From Eledone cirrhosa (taxonomy: Eukaryota), in contig OZ024743.1 of assembly GCA_964016885.1 (NCBI GenBank), forward strand, positions 47,368,001 through 47,432,000: a stretch of 64,000 nt of DNA, written 5' to 3'. Shown in pieces: positions 39,794 to 50,805 of the stretch. Within the stretch, counting starts at the first letter, position 1, and each line of letters opens with the position of its first letter. A program made the translations under genes and the position numbers. The notes beneath the pieces were generated by a model. The model was not told the origin of the DNA and searched no databases. It saw only the letters and a list, made by a program, of their open reading frames with translations.

Positions 39794-41110
39794 TCATGCT
39801 TCTGTTAGTAATTTCCATATCATCAGGCATATTCCTTCGTTTGGATTGTTCTCGCAAATAGTTTTGATCTGTTGTAGTTTTGCAGAAAGTTTCTCTCTCT
39901 CGTTATCTGTTTCGTCGTCTTCATCTTTGTTCAAATCCGTTTGGGATTCCTTGTCTAATAATGTTACCTTCCTAAACTCAGGCTCTTCTTCAATGACTGT
40001 TGATATCACATCATGATCAGTCTCACTGCTTATTCTACAAGCGTCACCCTGACCGGAATTCTCCCTTTCATACTTTTCAAAATTATTTTTCCTGATGAAT
40101 TTGGTACAATTATTATTCAAGCCGCGTAGTCGACACAAATCATAAGTTTGGCCTTTATAGTTTGCGTGAAAAAATGCTTTAAACCATTTTCCAAAGAAGA
40201 AATTCCCTTTAAAGGTTCCTTTTATCAAATTGTCAACTGGAATATCTTTATCGACAGCAAAATTTTTAAAAGCAGCTTGAAGACATTTGAAATTCTGACG
40301 TTTATCTGTGTCGGTAACAGGGTTCAATTTTATATCTTCAATTGTAATTGAACCAGGAAATAATATCCCCATACCAACACAGAAGTCGACACCCGTTCCC
40401 AGTTCGCCTATGCTAGACAATTTCGGGGAGATAGCTCTACGGAACCAAATAATTAAATCTTCTTTGCTTACGTTTTGAACTCGGAATGTGTTATTGATGG
40501 CCAAATTCTTTGTTTTTACAAACATTTTAGACGGTTGAGACATGGCGTTTTTATTCACAGATTCATTATCACGGGGGCTTCCTGGTTTCAAGAATTCATC
40601 TTTGTTTTTGTTGACTGGTGATTGTGTATTTATTTCAGGATTATCTTTTGTATCCTTTGTATCTTCATTGCTTTCTTCGCCTTGAGATCGTGAAAACCTT
40701 TTCTTGAACTTTTTCTTTTTACATGAGGCTCTAAGTTTGTTTATATCATAGGGTTGGCCTTGGTAATTCTCCAGAAAGAACGATCGGAACCATTGCCCAA
40801 ACTGATAACAACTTTTGAAATTTCCTTTTACAATATCTTCAACGGGTATCTCTTTTTCAACACCATTTTTCTCAAAGATTGCTTGAAGGTAACTAAAATT
40901 ATGGCGTCGATCATTTTCCGTAAGTTTGTCAATCTTTATATTCCGTAAATCGACAGAAGCAGGGAATAGTATCTCCATTCCTAGACAAAGATCAGTACCA
41001 GACCATAGATCTTCGATTGCGTTGAATTTCGGGAAAATTGTTCGACGGAACCAGATAGTCAAATCTTCTTTGCTGACATGTTCAACTTTAAAACAATTAT
41101 TTGCACTCAT
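39794..41110 (-). CDS. Intronless EB1/MAPRE (RP/EB family)-like protein with two tandem CH domains, 438 aa
   Basis: Both repeats align by eye to the EB1 CH domain (S+.D+..W ... +E.L.SG...C..M.+LFP.S+ ... NF..LQA.F...V.K.IPV..++KG.F....F..WF+.FF..NY.G..YD); C-terminal ERE...KL..I..IC..N resembles EBH; open 1.3-kb ORF in unique DNA. Confidence 0.92.
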   Translation of the reverse strand: MSANNCFKVEHVSKEDLTIWFRRTIFPKFNAIEDLWSGTDLCLGMEILFPASVDLRNIKIDKLTENDRRHNFSYLQAIFEKNGVEKEIPVEDIVKGNFKSCYQFGQWFRSFFLENYQGQPYDINKLRASCKKKKFKKRFSRSQGEESNEDTKDTKDNPEINTQSPVNKNKDEFLKPGSPRDNESVNKNAMSQPSKMFVKTKNLAINNTFRVQNVSKEDLIIWFRRAISPKLSSIGELGTGVDFCVGMGILFPGSITIEDIKLNPVTDTDKRQNFKCLQAAFKNFAVDKDIPVDNLIKGTFKGNFFFGKWFKAFFHANYKGQTYDLCRLRGLNNNCTKFIRKNNFEKYERENSGQGDACRISSETDHDVISTVIEEEPEFRKVTLLDKESQTDLNKDEDDETDNEREKLSAKLQQIKTICENNPNEGICLMIWKLLTEA

Positions 41111-41664
41111 ATCGGTGTATTTCGAAGAAGTAAGAAGTTGGGTTGGAATCCAGCTATGTTATTTCAAGAGTATGGATGTGTATAATGAATATATATTCGG
41201 CAAATAAGCAGGGTTTTGTGTCATAAATAACATAAAGCTTAAAGAACAAATAGTATTCCTCACTGAAAGCAAAATAACTCAGAGAAAATAAGTTTACTTG
41301 ACAACTGTTGGTAACAGAACGCAACAGACTGATAACCGTTATGAAAACATATCAAAAACGTTAGCCGTGAGAAACGCAACTAAAAGACGCTTGTTGATTC
41401 AAATAGTTTATTTTTTCTGTTGGTTCGTACACTGGCATTCACTGTTAATATCGAATTCATTGTGAATAGATTCATTGTTATTAATTTCTTACATAAAAAT
41501 ATAACTAGATTTATTATCGACGTAAATGAAACGAAACAAATGTCTAAAACCGCGAATTGAAACCGGATCGCGGTTCCACGGAAGATTAACTTACACTTTA
41601 TGGTTATTTTTAGAGGTAAGATCATGGTGTCTTTTCGTTTCCAGGGTCCTCTGAAACTAAAACT

Positions 41665-42092
41665 GAATTCGGTGAGCACCAAAAGCGGAAGAGGAAATGT
41701 CACCAAAGAAATGTCAGTCTCTTTCTTTTTTTTTCTTTTTTTTTCAGACTAAATTTAGAATTGTACATACACACATCAGTCAAATTTAAAAAAACAAACT
41801 AACGTATAATTTTACAAATTATGGAATTGCACAAATTGAAAAATTAGAAAAAAATTGGTAAATATTTCAGTGGGAGGTGGGAGAGCATCTTTTATGGAAA
41901 TCATTGAAACCCCCAAGAAAATGTTATTTTTTAATTTTCCGATTTGTACAATTTTCTTATAAACGTTAGTGGTTGGTTTTTTTTTTAATGTTTACTGATG
42001 TGTGTACGTACAACTCTAAACTTTGTAAAATAAAAAAAATACATTTCTCTTACGACATTTCTTCTTCCCCTGCTTTGGCTCTCACCGAATTC
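41665..42092. mobile_element. Old MITE-like inverted repeat, about 430 bp
   Basis: GAATTCGGTGAG...TACACACATCAGT mirrored by ACTGATGTGTGTA...CTCACCGAATTC. Confidence 0.75.
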
Positions 42093-42434
42093 GACAAGGA
42101 AATAGCTTCAGTCTCAGGAAGCCTAGCAACGTAAAAGGCGCCGTCTAACATTTTAAATTAGATATAATCTTAGAAAAAGGAGGGCGTGTTGGATAATGTG
42201 GTTCACTGCCTGAAATATAGGATAGTCATGGCTGGAATACTTCTGATGATAGGTCTACTCGTTCAGGAATCAACAACAACAATTATTCTTTCCGATATAT
42301 TTTCACAATCAAGAGCATATTTCCACTGCAGCAGCAGACGATCACAACCCTACTCAACCTTTTGCAGTTTTAATAATCTGTTCTGGTCTCGTGGTCGAGA
42401 GATTATGCCTGGTTATTGATAGGAGTGGAATCCC

Positions 42435-42690
42435 AAGGCGAAAAATGAACTCAGAACGCAAAGTGTCGGGGCAGATACCGCAAAGATCTCATCCAGCACT
42501 AACAATTATGCTAATCCACCACCATGAACTACTACTTTAATTTTTAGACACCGAAAAGATGAAAGGCAAGGTTGACCGTGACGGGATTTGAACTCAGAAC
42601 GCGAGAGGAAATACCACAAGGGAGCCAGAGGAAATACCACAAGCTATTCTTTCCGACGATCTAACGACTCTGCCAATTCGCCGCTTCTGA
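42435..42690 (-). mobile_element. Two tandem diverged SINE family A copies
   Basis: GATGAAAGGCAAGGTTGACC..GGGATTTGAACTCAGAACG...CTCTGCCAATTCGCCGC. Confidence 0.65.
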
Positions 42691-42841
42691 AACCTTCCAC
42701 TTCTCCTACAGACCAGTGAGACCTTAATCCTTAACTCCACCCTTCTAATCCCAAAGCAGCTCTCACGAACTGCGACCACCGATGTTTCTCCCAAAACCAC
42801 CTCTGGTTCTATGAGACAAAACCATCCGTTTTAAAAGGTTC

Positions 42842-43550
42842 CTTCTTCTTCGCCCACTTATTCCTGGGAGGGTCGTAGAGGAAGAGTCTACATATATGCC
42901 TTCCTGTGGCTCCTGTGAGAAGCAACCGTCTCCAATTAATCCGGCTGGATCCCCAAGCGAGGCTAGCCGAGCTCATGGATATTATCTAACCATCTTGCTC
43001 GAGGTATATCCCTAAGTCTCCTGCCGGTTGCTTTTACCCGTAAAATCTGTCCAGTGATTCTTTCCTGAGACATTTTAACCACATGTCCGTAATATTGAAA
43101 ATGTGATCTCTCGGTCCGGAGAAGTACCGGCTCTATCTGAAATGATTCTCTGATCTCCGAGCTACACACCCTAGCGAGCAACATTACTCCAGAGACTCTT
43201 CGAAGGAACCCCATTTCGCACGCTTGTATTTGCGATCGTATTCTTTCAGTCATTACCCAAGATTCGTGACCATAGGTAAGGGTTGGCACGAATACCGAAT
43301 TGAAAATAGAGTTTGACTTTTACACCTACCTCCCTTTTTCTGATGACTGAATGCAGAAGCTGGCACGTTACTGCACCGACTCCTGCAATTCTTGCACTTA
43401 AGTCAGCCTCCTGACTTTCATCATTTGTGAACACAGTCCCGAGATACTTGTACTTCTCCACCTGCTTCAGTGTAACTCCACTCACATGTAGAGTACACTG
43501 CACAGGCCTGCTTGAGAGGACGAGTGTCTCAGTCTTCGCAGCACTGAGTT
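42842..43550 (-). mobile_element. RTE-clade (Rex3/Expander-like) LINE 3' fragment
   Basis: QVEKYKYLG, PTLTYGHESWVMTERIRSQIQACEMGFLRRVSG; tail CTACGACCC...ATAAGTGGGCGAAGAAGAAG. Confidence 0.88.
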
Positions 43551-43767
43551 CCGATTTAATATAAAATCTTCAAATATAATTTGTTAGAGGAACCTTTTTT
43601 TTTTTTAAATACCATTTTAATAATGAAATAATTAGGTTTCGGAGTTGTATTTTCTGGCAAGTGACGTGATCTGAGCCTGTATGTTGAAAGTAAAACAATT
43701 ACTACGAAGAAGGGTCATTTTAGCTATTTAAAAAGACACAAAAACTGTTAACTTTAATTTATATATA

Positions 43768-43956
43768 TCATCATCATCATTATCATCATTTTACGTCCGC
43801 TTTTCCCTGTTTGCAAGGGTGGGACGGGTCCTATTCAGCACAGCATCTCTCCACTTGTCACGGTCCTAAGTCATCTCCTCCCTGAGCTTCAGCGATCTGA
43901 GGTCTGCTCTCACCACCTCCGCCCATGTTTTTCGTGGTCTTCCTCTACTGCGTCTT

Positions 43957-43958
<2 letters not shown>
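43768..43958 (-). mobile_element. RTE 3' end (same family as 46183-46612)
   Basis: Near-identical to 46183-46380; (GAT)n tail. Confidence 0.85.
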
Positions 43959-44013
<55 letters not shown>

Positions 44014-44019
<6 letters not shown>

Positions 44020-44700
44020 GAGGCGGATTTTCAGGTCTTCACGAAGGTCCGACTTCCACACCGATCTCAAGCTGTGGCACGCCGCCCAGACTTTGCTCTT
44101 CCTCTCAACCACATCATCTTCCGTATTCCCAATCTTTGCTCCCAAATACAGGAAGCCCTCAACCAATTCTAGCGGCTTCCCGCCTACATTAGTGATCCCC
44201 TCTGGCTTCTCAACATTCTCTACCAGATATTTTGTTTTAGTCTCATTCATTCTCAGCCCCACACTCATCGACACAGTCTCAACCTCCCGCATCAAATCCT
44301 CATTGCTGTGGTGGAGTCTGTGCTGCTGTGTGGGTCTGAGACTTGGACACTGACCAAGAGACTCACTCAGATGGTGGATGGGTGCTACACGAGAATGCTG
44401 AGGATGGCTCTGAACATTAATCAGTATACACTGAGGATGAAAAACTCAGAGCTGTATGGGAGCATCCCAAAAGTCAGCTCAAAAGTGACACGGAGGAGAC
44501 TGTGGTTAGCTGGACATGCTCACCGACATCCAGAGTTGACATTGCACTCAGTGCTCCTTTGGGAGTCCCTACATGGACACACTAGAAGAGGAAGACCAAG
44601 GTTAACGTATGTTGATGCCCTAAGGACAGACACTGGTCTGTTGGAGACGCAGGACATGGCAGCGATAATGAGGGATCTCAGGAATTTTACCCGCCTTAGA
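44014..44700 (+). mobile_element. RTE LINE with 5' inversion (44014-44300 inverted, 44301-44700 sense)
   Basis: Minus piece ends ...KSDLREDLKIRLF and plus piece starts IAVVESVLLCGSETW, contiguous in the parent ORF; (TA)n flanks. Confidence 0.85.
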
Positions 44701-44778
<78 letters not shown>

Positions 44779-44858
44779 TATTTTTTGTTTCAGAGAAAAC
44801 AGTATTATATTTTACTTCCTAAAAGTTTACTGGCTTTTCAATAACCTAATATAAAAAG

Positions 44859-44897
<39 letters not shown>

Positions 44898-45409
44898 AAA
44901 TAATAATTTGAGTAAATTCCTTCAAATTCTTCATTGAAATACAACGTATTTTATTAAAAATATGGCTACGGAAGTGTTTAAAATTCTAAAAGAGAATATG
45001 TTATTTTTCAGCAGACGACCAAAGCAGATTTTCGTTTATCTTTTAAAGAATCTCTTGAGCTTCCCTGGTTGCTGCAAACGGAAACTAATGACATAATCAT
45101 TTCAACATCAACATTTCCTAATGTCAAAGAATAGTCTTTAGGAAAGAACTGTTAAGCTATGTTTATTTATGTATTTATATTTCTTATTAATGGTTTCAAA
45201 ACTGTTGTGGAAATATAATTCCAATTACGGTCACATAACAATTTTTTATTTATATATTTATTCCTTTATTTATTTATTTATTTATTTATTAACGGTTTGG
45301 TCAGAGAAAGATGGGAAAGAGTCATAAGCTTTCTTTTTTAATAGAGTTTCCAAAACAGGTGGCGAGATATTATATCCTCATACCGCATGTCAGGTGACTA
45401 GCTACAATA

Positions 45410-45722
45410 CTATCTATCTAGGGCGGGTAAAATTCCCAAGATCCATGGACGAGTTCTCTCTAGCGGTCTCTGTCCCTCATTATTGCTGCCATGTCCTGCG
45501 ACTCCAAGAGACCAGTGTCTGTCCTTAGGGCATCAACATATGTTAACCTCGGTCTTCCTCTTCCAGTGTGTCCATGCAGGGGTTCCCACAGGAGCACTGA
45601 GTGCAGTGTCAACTCTGGATGTCGGCGAGTATGTCCAGCTAACCTAAGTCTCCTATGTGTCACTTTCGAGCTGACTTTTGGGAGGCTCCCGTACAGATTT
45701 CAGTTCTTCATCCTCAGTGTAT
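45410..45722 (-). mobile_element. RTE 3' fragment (family of 44301-44700)
   Basis: RLRLAGH..RHPEL...WEP.HG...RGRPRLTYVD; tail AATTTTACCCGCCCTAGATAG. Confidence 0.88.
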
Positions 45723-46182
45723 ACAATACTTCCAATAAAATATATCCCACTTAAAGGAATCCAAGGACCGGGTAGTAGTGTTAAATCAGTTGGTGGATTA
45801 CGTCTGACATTGTAAGATGTGGCTGCAACATGGCCGAATGGTTACGAATTTCGTTTTGTAATTATTAGGTCCCAGGTTCGATCTCACTGCGTGGAATTTT
45901 AGACAAGTGTGTGAAATTGGTTTGACGGAAACTCTTTGTCAGTTTGAATTTTCCTGAGAATTTAAGGGTACATTTGTCTGTGGAATTCTTCACTATATAC
46001 ACGTTAATTTCACGAGAGGCTGTTTCGGTGATTGAATAACTGGACGAAGAGTCCATTCCACTGCTATGAGTCGTGAGCATAAGACGTCACCCCGTTGGAT
46101 ATCAATTGGTCCTTTAATGTATTTCACTCTGTTGAAAAACATTCTGACCCCACATATGTATGTATGTTTATTTGTATGTGTG

Positions 46183-46612
46183 TCATCATCATCATCATCA
46201 TCATCATCATTTTACGTCCGCTTTTCCCTGCTTGCAAGGGTGGGACAGGTACTATCAGCACAGCATCTTCCCACTTGTCACAGTCCTTCGTCATCTCCAC
46301 CGTGAGCTTCAGCGATCTGAGGTCTGCTCTCACCACCTCCGCCCATGTTTTTCGTGGTCTTCCTCTACTGCGTCTTCCTTCTACTGGGATTTCTTGGCAC
46401 TTCTTTACCCAGTGGTTATCCTCCATGCGCATCACATGTCCATACCATCTCAGTCTTCTCTCCCGCACACTACAACTTATCCCTCTTATACCCAGTTTCT
46501 CTCTTAACTCATCTATGCTCGGCAGTTCACGCACATTGACATTGCACATCCAACGGAGCATACTTGCTTCATTTCTCTCCATCCGTCGCATATCCTCTGT
46601 AGTGGCTGCCCC
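46183..46612 (-). mobile_element. RTE LINE 3' fragment
   Basis: EASMLRWMC...RERRLRWYGHVMRM...EGRRSRGRPRKTW; (GAT)n tail. Confidence 0.9.
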
Positions 46613-46616
46613 TGTC

Positions 46617-46653
<37 letters not shown>

Positions 46654-46658
46654 ATGTA

Positions 46659-46787
<129 letters not shown>

Positions 46788-46939
46788 CAATATCCGTAGA
46801 TGTGAAAAGGAAAAAGGAAAACAGCGCTCAATCGGGAGAGCAGAAAAAATATATTATTTATTTATGTTGATAAACGGAATAAAGGCTCAACCCAAAGTTT
46901 CAAGGCCCAAATTTGACCATACCTCCAGAAAATAGTGAT

Positions 46940-47980
46940 TTGAGGTCAGCTCTCCCCACCTTTGCCCAGGTCTTTCTTGTTCTATCTCTACCGCCACTTC
47001 CTTCCACTAGCATTTCCTGGCACTTCTTCACCCAACGATAATAGTCCATGTGCACTACATGCCCAAGCCAACGCACTCTTCTTTCCTACATACCAGCTCG
47101 GATTCCTCTTAAACCCAGCTTTTTCTTCAAGCTCTGCCACTCTCCCATACTTACATTGCATATCCAATAAAGCACGGTTGCCTCATTTCTATCCAGTCTA
47201 CGCACGTCCCCTGCAGTCACAGCCCATGTTTCGCTACCATGTAGCACCACATGTCCTCTGCAATCACAGCCCATGTTTCACTACCATGCAGCATCACACT
47301 TCACACACAGGCATCATACAGTTGTTCTTTTGTACGTAAGGAAAAACCTTTTGTAGTCAACAGTGGGAGTAGCTCTGAACTTTTTTCATCCTTTCCTTAT
47401 TTTAACTATTATGTTCTCAGAGCACCCCACTACATTGCTAATTACATAACCTAAATAGCAGAGACTATCAACCACTTCTATGGGTCCTTCCTGTGACTAG
47501 AATAGGCTTACATCACTGGTTATCTTCCCCTCGGTTAATCCTGTGCATCCTCTATAAACAAAGTCTTCCCTTCCTGTTATCCCACTACATATTTTGTGTA
47601 CCCAAGATTTATATAGTGTACATTGTATAGAGTTTATGTCTACTCCATTTCTACATATTGAGCAAGGTCATCTCCCTAAAGGAATCAGGAGAGAAGATTT
47701 TAAATTTGATTTCCATAGTCGGAACTTATTTTCTAGATCTTTAATGGATTCGGCTATAAGGACCAGATCATATGCATAGAGAGGTTCCCATGAGTAACCG
47801 GTCTTAAACTCCTCTGTTATAGCCTGGATAATTATAATGAAGAGTAGTGCACTAAGAACCGAACCTTGATGAACTCCTACTTGTACCTTGAATTCCTCAC
47901 TAAACTCATTTCCTACTCTCACTTTGCTGACAGCTCCTCTGTACATGACTTGCACTGCTCTCACCAACCATTCTTCTACA
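46940..47980 (-). mobile_element. RTE LINE RT fragment (decayed)
   Basis: VGVHQGSVLS.LLF...LYAYDLVL; LHGSETWAVT. Confidence 0.85.
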
Positions 47981-48013
<33 letters not shown>

Positions 48014-48098
48014 TGACTCTTTTCCTACTACCCACTCTACTATCCTAAGTATTGAGTACTCTGGTGCGTTCTGGTTCACCTGGTATCTTACCACACCC

Positions 48099-48191
<93 letters not shown>

Positions 48192-48299
48192 TATATTATA
48201 TTATATTTATACAAGCGGTGCCCCAGCATGGCCTCAGCCGGATGGCTGGAAAAGGTAAAAGAGTAAAAGAGTATGCGTGTGCGCACACGCATATACACA

Positions 48300-48347
<48 letters not shown>

Positions 48348-48820
48348 TGTGGTATTTCTTTTTATATTAGGTTATTGAAAAGCCAGTAAACTTTTAGGAA
48401 GTAAAATATAATACTGTTTTCTCTGTAACAAAAAATATAAACAATGTCTTTGAAATAATAAATTTCTGTCGGCCTTGATTCTCATTCAACAAACTCGCCA
48501 TTATTTCTGAGACAGCGTCGAGTATCCTACTAGTAATTACTAGAAATATCAAATCAGAAATCAACGTCAGTTTTTACCGGCTTGTCCGGGTTAGACGAAG
48601 TCCGGAAACTATCCCCGTTTTATGGGCGTTAAGCGACAGAGTATATGACTCACTCCTTGATATGACGCCAGTCCACCACATTGCTAAGCCCCAGCTGACC
48701 CAGCTCAAGTGAACTTGAGCAACATGAAATGAAGTGACTTGAGTCACCCGGTCTGGGAGTCGAACCCGCGACTATACGATCATATGTGTGTGACAACTCA
48801 CACCTAGGTTTAGACTTTTG

Positions 48821-49047
48821 CAGGTTTAGCTGGCCTCCTACAAGGTATATCTCGTTGGGGGTGTCTTGAGTAATTTAATGATAGGAACCCCAGTCCTATC
48901 ATCTCATTTCTACAGCTGAGTAAACTAGAGCAACGTGAAATAAAGTGTCTTGCTCAAGGAAACAACACATCACCCGGTCCGATAATTGAACTCACAACCT
49001 TTCGATTGCAAGCCCAATGCTCTAACCCCTAAGCCATGTGCCTTCAC
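48821..49047 (-). mobile_element. tRNA-derived CORE-like SINE (family C)
   Basis: Minus: TGGCTTAGGGGTTAGAGC (A box), GAGTTCAATT (B box), CCTTGAGCAAGACACTT core; near-identical copy at 61577-61803. Confidence 0.85.
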
Positions 49048-49619
49048 GATCATATGCTCAGCATCGTCTCTACTTGGTCAGATAGAATGACGTTATCAGA
49101 TAAGTAACCTTGAGTATTCAACCGATCGCCATTTTGTTTTGCATTATCGAATGCATCCTGCCCCTTTTCAATGTGATTTGAGCGGGATTTGTGTTATTTC
49201 TAGAAGGTCAAATGACAACGTGAAGGCTCCGTGTGTTCTTAATCCTTTCTAATGAAAGACAGTCAATGATTTTCAAATAATTTTGAGAATAACCAAAAGT
49301 TTTGACATTATTAAGTTGGTGTTCGAATCAACTTACTAAGGTCAAAACTATGATGGAAACTGTTTTTAGATCAACAGTTTCGTATCTTGAAAATAGAGGC
49401 GCTTTTGGGGTGATTCTGTATCAAAAGCAGGGTGGCGCCTCTGTATTATGTGCCCTAAGCTAGTGCTTCCCATGTTCCCAAATAAAATAGTTTCGACTAA
49501 CATTCAAACAAGCTTACAAAACTAATTTATAACTCTTCTTGCGTATAAAAGACTGACAGATGTTAATGACAGCAACAGTTGACTGATAAAATGACAAGTC
49601 AGTCAACCATATTAGTGGC

Positions 49620-49840
49620 CTCCCCACAGCCCCGGCGGACAGAATGGAGAAGGCGTTTCCCCGGAGGACGGCAAGGGAGACGCGCTGGAAAAGCCATTCC
49701 AACTCGTGAGGCTCACACCTGCAGCTGGCCAACTCAGCGCCTATGGTGGTGAGTAGGGAGGTAGCCCTAGGGCCGAGGACACCAGAAGTCTCCACTGTCA
49801 AGGGTACGACCGCAAACCTGTCGGAGAGCGACCGGTATTT
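49620..49840 (-). mobile_element. CRE-clade LINE 3' fragment
   Basis: VETSGVLGPRATSLLTTIGAELAS...WLFQRVSLAVLRGNAFSIL; homologous to 15330-15545. Confidence 0.85.
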
Positions 49841-50805
49841 GCTCTATCCACACTAAGAAAATTACTTAAGTCTATATTTTTCACTACACAGTCCACACTT
49901 ACCCACGCCAGTTCATGTTACTGTTCATAATCCCAGACAACCCTCTCCCCCGCTTTGGAGGTTCTCACCACGCTGCTCTACAGCAAAGATGTTTATCAAT
50001 TGATATATTTATTGCAGAAATTATTGTATGTTCAGGTTAATTATACAAACGTTATAGTTCAGTAATGCGTCTCTTTTGGGGTTTGTGCCAAAATTATCTG
50101 CGTAGTTGGCCCTAATGGAAGTGCCGGCCCTAACCAGAAGGGCTAGCTGCAGTTTCTTTGTTTTTGTTTTTTTTCCGTTTTTTTTTTTTGTTTTTTTTAA
50201 TTGTATATTTTCTAAAACAGCAGAACGTTCAAATAAAAACAAGATGTTTAATAAAAATGTCTGTACACTATAAACACATTTGAAATGTATTTCTGTGTCG
50301 TGGTAAGAATTGGAAGTTGAAAAACATTGTCACTTTAGACCCTGAAAGTTTGCTTAAGATCATATTTAGCTGAGGTGACAACGTCACTTGTCAGTAAAGC
50401 CATTCAAAAACAATATATTAAAGTTTAATCAAGTTTTGGATAAGTTACATGTGTGAGAGGGTGCGAGTGCATGTATGGATGGTGTGTGTGGCTGTATGTA
50501 TGTTCTATACTTGCATGTGTATGAGCGTTTGCGTATACATGTATATATATATACATGTATGTATATATATATATGTAGATCCACTAGATCTACCAACTCA
50601 TAATATAATAATATTATAAAATTAAATCATTCTTTTCCTTTTTTTCAAATATATATATGTATATATATATATTATATATATGTGTGTATACATGTATGCA
50701 TATGTTTGTGTGAGTGTAAATACGTACATACATATGAAATTAAATTAAACACTCCTTACTCATTGTGACAACATTTCATAAGTGAATAATAATCTGGTGA
50801 TATGT

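Noticed and set aside
39723-41207. Plus-strand ORFs overlapping the EB1-like gene
   Set aside because: Short antisense shadows of the real minus-strand CDS
45012-45135. Possible terminal exon after TTATTTTTCAG (QTTKADFRLSF...)
   Set aside because: No recognisable homology; acceptor-like sites are common in AT-rich DNA
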